From NCBI GenBank assembly GCA_964016885.1, contig OZ024740.1:3782001-3846000 (forward strand): a stretch of 64,000 nt of DNA, written 5' to 3'. Position numbers and translations under genes: made by a program. The notes below the pieces were generated by a model. It saw only the letters and a list, made by a program, of their open reading frames with translations. It did no database searches and was not told where the DNA came from. Below are positions 55,915 to 64,000 of this stretch, piece after piece. Source of the stretch: Eledone cirrhosa (Eukaryota). How positions within the stretch are numbered: position 1 is the first letter of the stretch; each line of letters starts with the position of its first letter.

Positions 55915-58900
55915 GCTGTCGATTGGTAGTATTGGTAGAGGGTCTGACACCTGGTAGGGTGGTGGATTGGTAGTATTGGTAGAGGGTCTGACACCTGGTA
56001 GGGTGGGGGATTGGTAGTATTGGTAGAGGGTCTGACACCTGGTAGGGTGGTGGATTGGCAGTATTGGTAGAGGGTCTGACACCTGGTAGGGTGGGGGATT
56101 GGTAGTATTGGTAGAGGGTCTGACACCTGGTAGGGTGGTGGATTGGCAGTATTGGTAGAGGGTCTGACACCTGGTAGGGTGGGGGATTGGTAGTATTGGT
56201 AGAGGGTCTGACACCATAGTAGGGTGGTGGATTGGTAGTATTGGTAGAGGGTCTGACACCTGGTAGGGTGGGGGATTGGTAGTATTGGTAGAGGGTCTGA
56301 CACCATGGTAGGGTGGTGGATTGGTAGTATTGGTAGAGGGTCTGACACCTGGTAGGGTGGTGGATTGGTAGTATTGGTAGAGGGTCTGACACCTGGTAGG
56401 GTGGGGGATTGGTAGTATTGGTAGAGGGTCTCACACCTGGTAGGGTGGTGGATTGGTAGTATTGGTAGAGGGTCTGACACCATAGTAGGGTGGTGGATTG
56501 GTAGTATTGGTAGAGGGTCTCACACCTGGTAGGGTGGTGGATTGGTAGTATTGGTAGAGGGTCTGACACCTGGTAGGGTGGGGGATTGGCAGTATTGGTA
56601 GAGGGTCTGACACCATGGTAGGGTGGTGGATTGGCAGTATTGGTAGAGGGTCTGACACCATAGTAGGGTGGTGGATTGGTAGTATTGGTAGAGGGTCTGA
56701 CACCATAGTAGGGTGGTGGATTGGTAGTATTGGTAGAGGGTCTCACACCTGGTAGGGTGGTGGATTGGTAGTATTGGTAGAGGGTCTGACACCTGGTAGG
56801 GTGGTGGATTGGCAGTATTGGTATAGGGTCTGACACCATGGTAGGGTGGTGGATTGGCAGTATTGGTAGAGGGTCTGACACCATGGTAGGGTGGTGGATT
56901 GGCAGTATTGGTAGAGGGTCTGACACCATAGTAGGGTGGTGGATTGGTAGTATTGGTAGAGGGTCTGACACCATAGTAGGGTGGTGGATTGGTAGTATTG
57001 GTAGAGGGTCTCACACCTGGTAGGGTGGTGGATTGGTAGTATTGGTAGAGGGTCTGACACCTGGTAGGGTGGTGGATTGGCAGTATTGGTATAGGGTCTG
57101 ACACCATGGTAGGGTGGTGGATTGGCAGTATTGGTAGAGGGTCTGACACCATGGTAGGGTGGTGGATTGGCAGTATTGGTAGAGGGTCTGACACCATAGT
57201 AGGGTGGTGGATTGGTAGTATTGGTAGAGGGTCTGACACCATAGTAGGGTGGTGGATTGGTAGTATTGGTAGAGGGTCTGACACCATGGTAGGGTGGTGG
57301 ATTGGTAGTATTGGTAGAGGGTCTGACACCATGGTAGGGTGGTGGATTGGCAGTATTGGTAGAGGGTCTGACACCATAGTAGGGTGGTGGATTGGCAGTA
57401 TTGGTAGAGGGTCTGACACCATAGTAGGGTGGTGGATTGGTAGTATTGGTAGAGGGTCTGACACCATGGTAGGGTGGTGGATTGGTAGTATTGGTAGAGG
57501 GTCTGACACCTGGTAGGGTGGGGGATTGGCAGTATTGGTAGAGGGTCTGACACCATGGTAGGGTGGTGGATTGGCAGTATTGGTAGAGGGTCTGACACCA
57601 TGGTAGGGTGGTGGATTGGCAGTATTGGTAGAGGGTCTGACACCATGGTAGGGTGGTGGATTGGTAGTATTGGTAGAGGGTCTGACACCTGGTTGGGTGG
57701 TCGATTGGCAGTATAGGTAGAGGGTCTGACACCATGGTAGGGTGGTCGATTGGCAGTATTGGTAGAGGGTCTGACACCATGGTAGGGTGGTGGATTGGTA
57801 GTATTGGTAGAGGGTCTGACACCTGGTTGGGTGGTCGATTGGCAGTATAGGTAGAGGGTCTGACACCATGGTAGGGTGGTCGATTGGCAGTATTGGTAGA
57901 GGGTCTGACACCATGGTAGGGTGGTGGATTGGTAGTATAGGTAGAGGGTCTGACACCATGGTAGGGTGGTGGATTGGCAGTATTGGTAGAGGGTCTGACA
58001 CCATGGTAGGGTGGTGGATTGGTAGTATAGGAGGAGGGTCTGACACCATGTTAGGGTGGTGGATTGGTAGTATTGGTAGAGGGTCTGACACCATGTTAGG
58101 GTGGTGGATTGGTAGGATAGGTAGAGGGTCTGACACCATGGTAGGCTGGTCGATTGGCAGTATTGGTAGAGGGTCTGACACCATGGTAGTGTGGTGGATT
58201 GGCAGTATTGGTAGAGGGTCAGATGCCATGCTAGGGTGGTGGATTGGTAGTATTGGTAGAGGGTCTGACACCATGTTAGGTGGTGGATTGGCAGTATTGG
58301 TAGAGGGTCTGACACCATGTTAGGTGGTCGATTGGCAGTATTGGTAGAGGGTCTGACACCATGTTAAGGTGGTCGATTGGCAGTATTGGTAGAGGGTCTC
58401 ACACCATGTTAGGTGGTCGATTGGCAGTATTGGTAGAGGGTCTCACACCATGGTAGGGTGGTGGATTGGCAGTATCGGTAGATGGTCTGACACCATGCTA
58501 GGGTGGTGGATTGGCAGTATAGGTAGAGTGTCTGACACCATGTTAGGGTGGTCGATTGGCAGTATTGGTAGAGGGTCTGACACCATGGTAGGATGGTGGA
58601 TTGGCAGTATTGGTAGAGGGTCTCACACCATGGTAGGGTGGTGGATTGGCAGTATTGGTAGAGGGTCTGACACCATGGTAGGGTGGTGGATTGGCAGTAT
58701 TGGTAGAGGGTCTCACACCATGGTAGGGTGGTGAATTGGCAGTATTGGTAGAGGGTCTCACACCATGGTAGGGTGGTGGATTGGCAGTATTGGTAGAGGG
58801 TCTCACACCATGGTAGGGTGGTGGATTGGTAGTATTGGTAGAGGGTCTGACACCATGGTAGGGTGGTGGATTGGCAGTATTGGTAGAGGGTCTTACACCA

Positions 58901-61900
58901 TGGTAGTGTGGTGGATTGGCAGTATTGGTAGAGGGTCTGACACTATGTTAGGGTGGTGGATTGGCAGTATAGTTAGAGGGTATGACACCATGCTAGGGTG
59001 GTGGATTGGCAGTATTGGTAGAGGGTCTGACACCATGCTAGGGTGGTGGATTGGCAGTATTGGTAGAGGTTCTGACACCATGGTAGGGTGGTGGATTGGC
59101 AGTATTGGTAGAGGGTATGACACCATGGTAGGGTGGTGGATTGGCAGTATCGGTAGAGGGTCTGACACCATGGTAAGGTGGTGGATTGGTAGTATTGGTA
59201 GAGGGTCTGACACCATGGTAGGTGGTGGATTGACAGTATTGGTAGAGGGTCTGACACCATGTTAGGTGGTGGATTGGCAGTATTGGTAGAGGGTCTGAGA
59301 CCATGGTAGGGTGGTGGATTGGTAGTATTGGTAGAGGGTGGGACACCATGTTAGGGTGGTGGATTGACAGTATAGGTAGAGGGTCTGACAACATGTTAGG
59401 GTGGTGGATTGGTAGTATTGGTAGAGGGTGGGACACCATGTTAGGTGGACGATTGGCAGTATTGGTAGAGGGTCTGACAGCATGTTAGGTGGTCGATTGG
59501 CAGTATTGGTAGAGGGTCTGACACCATGTTAGGTGGTCGATTGGCAGTATAGGTAGAGGGTCTGACAGCATGTTAGGTGGTCGATTGGCAGTATTGGTAG
59601 AGGGTCTGACACCATGGTAGGGTGGTCGATTGGCAGTATAGGTAGAGGGTCTCACACCATGGTAGGGTGGTGGATTGGCAGTATCGGTAGATGGTCTGAC
59701 ACCATGCTAGGGTGGTGGATTGGCAGTATAGGTAGAGGGTCTGACACCATGTTAGGGTGGTCGATTGGCAGTATTGGTAGAGGGTCTGACACCATGGTAG
59801 GATAGTGGATTGGCAGTATTGGTAGAGGGTCTGACACCATGGTAGGTTGGTGGATTGGCAGTATTGGTAGAGGGTCTGACACCATGGTAAGGTGGTGGAT
59901 TGGCAGTATTGGTAGAGGGCCTCACACCATGGTAGGGTGGTGAATTGGCAGTATTGGTAGAGGGTCTGACACCATGGTAGGGTGGTGGATTGGCAGTATT
60001 GGTAGAGGGTCTCACACCATGGTAGGGTGGTGAATTGGCAGTATTGGTAGAGGGTCTCACACCATGGTAGGGTGGTGGATTGGCAGTATTGGTAGAGGGT
60101 CTCACACCATGGTAGGGTGGTGGATTGGCAGTATTGGTAGAGGGTCTCACACCATGGTAGGGTGGTGGATTGGTAATATTGGTAGAGGGTCTGACACCAT
60201 GGTAGGGTGGTGGATTGGCAGTATTGGTAGAGGGTCTGACACCATGGTAGTGTGGTGGATTGGCAGTATTGGTAGAGGGTCTGACACTATGTTAGGGTGG
60301 TGGATTGGCAGTATTGGTAGAGGGTCTGACACCATGCTAGGGTGGTGGATTGGCAGTATTGGTAGAGGGTATGACACCATGGTAGTGTGGTGGATTGGCA
60401 GTATAGGTAGAGGGTCTGACACCATGCTAGGGTGGTGGATTGGCAGTATTGGTAGAGGGTCTGACACCATGCTAGGTGGTGGATTGGCAGTATTGTTAGA
60501 GGGTCTGACACCATGGTAGGGTGGTGGATTGGTAGTATTGGTAGAGGGTCTGACACCATGGTAGGTGGTGGATTGGCAGTATTGGTAGAGGGTCAGACAC
60601 CATGTTAGGTGGTGGATTGGCAGTATTGGTAGAGGGTCTGAGACCATGGTAGGGTGGTGGATTGGTAGTATTGGTAGAGGGTGGGACACCATGTTAGGGT
60701 GGTAGATTGACAGTATAGGTAGAGGGTCTGACACCATGTTAGGGTGGTGGATTGGTAGTATTGGTAGAGGGTGGGACACCATGTTAGGGTGGTGGATTGG
60801 CAGTATTGGTAGAGCGTCTGACACCATGGTAGGTGGTGGATTGGCAGTATTGGTAGAGGGTCTGACACCATGGTAGGATGGTGGATTGGCAGTATTGGAA
60901 GAGGGTCTGACACCATGCTAGGGTGGTGGATTGGCAGTATAGGTAGAGGGTCTGTCACCATGCTAGGGTGGTGGAATGGTAGTATTGGTAGAGGGTCTGA
61001 CACCATGTTAGGGTGGTGGATTGGTAGTATAGGTAGAGGGTCTGACACCATGTTAGGGTGGTGGATTGGCAGTATTGGTAGAGGGTCTGACAACACGTTA
61101 GGGTGGTGTATTGGTAGTATTGGTAGAGGGTCTGACACCATGTTAGGGTGGTGGATTGGCAGTATCGGTAGAGGGTCGGACACCATGTTAGGGTGGTGGT
61201 TTGGCAGTTTCGGTAGAGTGTCGGACACCATGTTATGGTGGTGGATTGGCAGTATTGGTAGAGGGTCTGACACCATGTTAGGGTGGTGGATTGGCAGTAT
61301 CGGTAGAGCGTCAGACACCATGTTAGGGTGGTGGATTGGCAGTATCGGTAGAAGGTCGGACACCATGTTAGGGTGGTGGATTGGCAGTATCGGTAGAGGG
61401 TCTGACACCATGTTAGGGTGTCGGATTGGCAGTATTGGTAGAGGGTCTGACACCATGTTAGGTGGTCGATTGGCAGTATTGGTAGAGGGTCTGACACCAT
61501 GGTAGGGTGGTGGATTGGCAGTATTGGTAGAGGGTCTGACACCATGTTAGGGTGTCGGATTGGCAGTATTGGTAGAGGGTCTGACACCATCTTAGTGTGG
61601 TGGATTGGCAGTATCGGTAGAGGGTCGGACACCATGTTAGGTGGTCGATTGGCAGTATTGGTAGAGGGTCTGACACCATGGTAGGGTGGTGGATTGGCAG
61701 TATCGGTAAAGGGTCGGCCACCATGTTAGGCTAGTGGATTGGCAGTATTGGTAGAGGGTCTGACACCATGCTAGGGTGGTGGATTGGTAGTATTGGTATA
61801 GGGTTAGACACCATGTTAGGGTGGTAGAGCGTCGGACACTATGCTACGGTCGTGGTCGATTGGCAGTATTGGTAGAGGGTCTGACATCATGGTATGGTGG

Positions 61901-64000
61901 TCGATTGGCAGTATTGGTAGAGGGTCTGACACCATGTTAGGTGGTCGATTGGCAGTATTGGTAGAGGGTCTGACACCATGTTAGGGTGGTGGATTGGCAG
62001 TATTGGTAGAGGGTCTGACACCATGGTAGGGTGGTGGATTAGCAGTATTGGTAGAGGGTCTGACACCATGCTAGGGTGGTGGATTGGCAGTATTGGTAGA
62101 GGGTCTGACACCATGGTATGGTGGTCGATTGGCAGTATTGGTAGAGGGTCTGACACCATGTTAGGTGGTCGATTGGCAGTATTGGTAGAGGGTCTGACAC
62201 CATGTTAGGTGGTCGATTGGCAGTATAGGTAGAGGGTCTGACACCATGTTAGGTGGTCGATTGGCAGTATTGGTAGAGGGTCTGACACCATGGTAGGGTG
62301 GTCGATTGGCAGTATAGGTAGAGGGCCTCACACCATGGTAGGGTGGTGGATTGGCAGTATCGGTAGATGGTCTGACACCATGCTAGGGTGCTGGATTGGC
62401 AGTATTGGTAGAGGGTCTGACACTATGTTAGGGTGGTGGATTGGCAGTATTGGTAGAGGGTATGACACCATGCTAGGGTGGTGGATTGGCAGTATTGGTA
62501 GAGGGTCTGACACCATGCTAGGGTAGTGGATTGGCAGTATTGGTAGAGGTTCTGACACCATGGTAGGGTGGTGGATTGGCAGTATTGGTAGAGGGTATGA
62601 CACCATAGTAGGGTGGTGGATTGGCAGTATAGGTAGAGGGTCTGACACCATGCTAGGGTGGTGGATTGGCAGTATTGGTAGAGGGTCTGACACAATGCTA
62701 TGGTGGTGGATTGGCAGTATTGGTAGAGGGTCTGACACCATGCTAGGGTGGTGGATTGGTAGTATTGGTATAGGGTTAGACACCATGTTAGGGTGGTAGA
62801 GCGTCGGACACTATGCTACGGTCGTGGTCGATTGGCAGTATTGGTAGAGGGTCTGACATCATGTTATGGTGGTCGATTGGCAGTATTGGTAGAGGGTCTG
62901 ACACCATGTTAGGTGGTCGATTGGCAGTATTGGTAGAGGGTCTGACACCATGTTAGGTGGTCGATTGGCAGTATAGGTAGAGGGTCTGACACCATGTTAG
63001 TGTTGTCGATTGGCAGTATTGGTAGAGGGTCTGACACCATGGTAGGGTAGTGGATTGGCAGTATTGGTAGAGGGTCTCACACCATGGTAGGGTGGTGGAT
63101 TGGCAGTATTGGTAGAGGGTCTGACACCATGGTAGGGTGGTGGATTGGCAGTATTGGTAGAGGGTCTCACACCATGGTAGGGTGGTGAATTGGCAGTATT
63201 GGTAGAGGGTCTCACACCATGGTAGGGAGGTGGATTGGCAGTATTGGTAGAGGGTCTCACACCATGGTAGGGTGGTGGATTGGCAGTATTGGTAGAGGGT
63301 CTGACACCATGGTAGGGTGGTTGATTGGCAGTATAGGTAGAGGGTCTGACACCATGCTAGGGTGGTGGATTGGCAGTATTGGTAGAGGGTCTGACACCAT
63401 GCTAGGTGGTGGATTGGCAGTATTGGTAGAGGGTCTCACACCATGGTAGTGTGGTCGATTGGCAGTATTGGTAGTGGGTCTGACACCATGGTAGGGTGGT
63501 GGATTGGTAGTATAGGTAGAGGGTCTGACACCAAGGTAGGGTGGAGGATTGGCAGTATTGGTAGAGGGTCAGATGCCATGCTAGGGTGGTGGATTGGTAC
63601 TATTGGTAGACGGTCTCACACCATGGTAGGGTGGTCGATTGGTAGTATTGGTAGAGGGTCTGACACCATGTTAGGGTGGTGGATTGGTAGTATTGGTAGA
63701 GGGTCTGACACCATGTTAGGGTGGTGGATTGGTAGTATAGGTAGAGGGTCTGACACCATGGTAGGGTGGTGGATGGGCAGTATTGGTAGAGGGTCTGACA
63801 CCATGTTAGGGTGGTGGATTGGTAGTACTGGTAGAGGGTCTGATACCATGGTAGGGTGGTCGATTGGCAGTATTGGTAGAGGGTCTGACAACATGGTAGG
63901 GTGGTGGATTGGCAGTATTGGTAGAGGTCTGACACCATGGTAGGTGGTGGATTGGTAGTATTGGTAGAGGGTCAGACACCATGCTAGGGTGGTGGATTGG
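55915..64000 (+). repeat. 44/45-bp G-rich tandem array, consensus GGTAGGGTGGTGGATTGGCAGTATTGGTAGAGGGTCTGACACCAT, about 180 monomers, runs off the right edge
   Basis: Continuous periodicity; the 45-bp unit gives (MVSDPLPILPIHHPT)n and (MVGWWIGSIGRGSDT)n pseudo-ORFs. Confidence 0.99.

Noticed and set aside
55839-63943. Long Pro-rich or Trp/Gly-rich repeat proteins (up to 584 aa)
   Set aside because: The 45-bp unit is stop-poor in several frames; frequent 44-bp units shift frame freely, so there is no sign of coding constraint

Overview
Eukaryotic repeat-dominated window with no intact protein-coding gene. The SINE remnants resemble octopus/cephalopod SINEs as I recall them, so the taxon is inferred. 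Three tandem arrays fill about 55 kb: a 31-bp satellite (1-36814), a 32-bp satellite (44046-54623) and a G-rich 44/45-bp array (55915 to the window end). Between them lies a decayed, 5'-truncated Penelope-like retroelement (RT with WKRYLDDCF plus a C-terminal GIY-YIG endonuclease; probably Naiad clade). It sits in (TA)n and is flanked by ~2-kb inverted copies of its own 3' end, with a 34-nt tail on one end only and a degenerate hammerhead-like motif in each arm. A 412-bp fold-back miniature of the same family is nested inside it. A second family of (TA)n-embedded hairpin-plus-tail mini-elements occurs twice. The 45-bp array is an amplified copy of the tRNA-like head (Pol III A-box) of the SINE lying head-to-head next to it. 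Nearly all ORFs in the track are repeat artefacts. All coordinates and alignments were done by eye.
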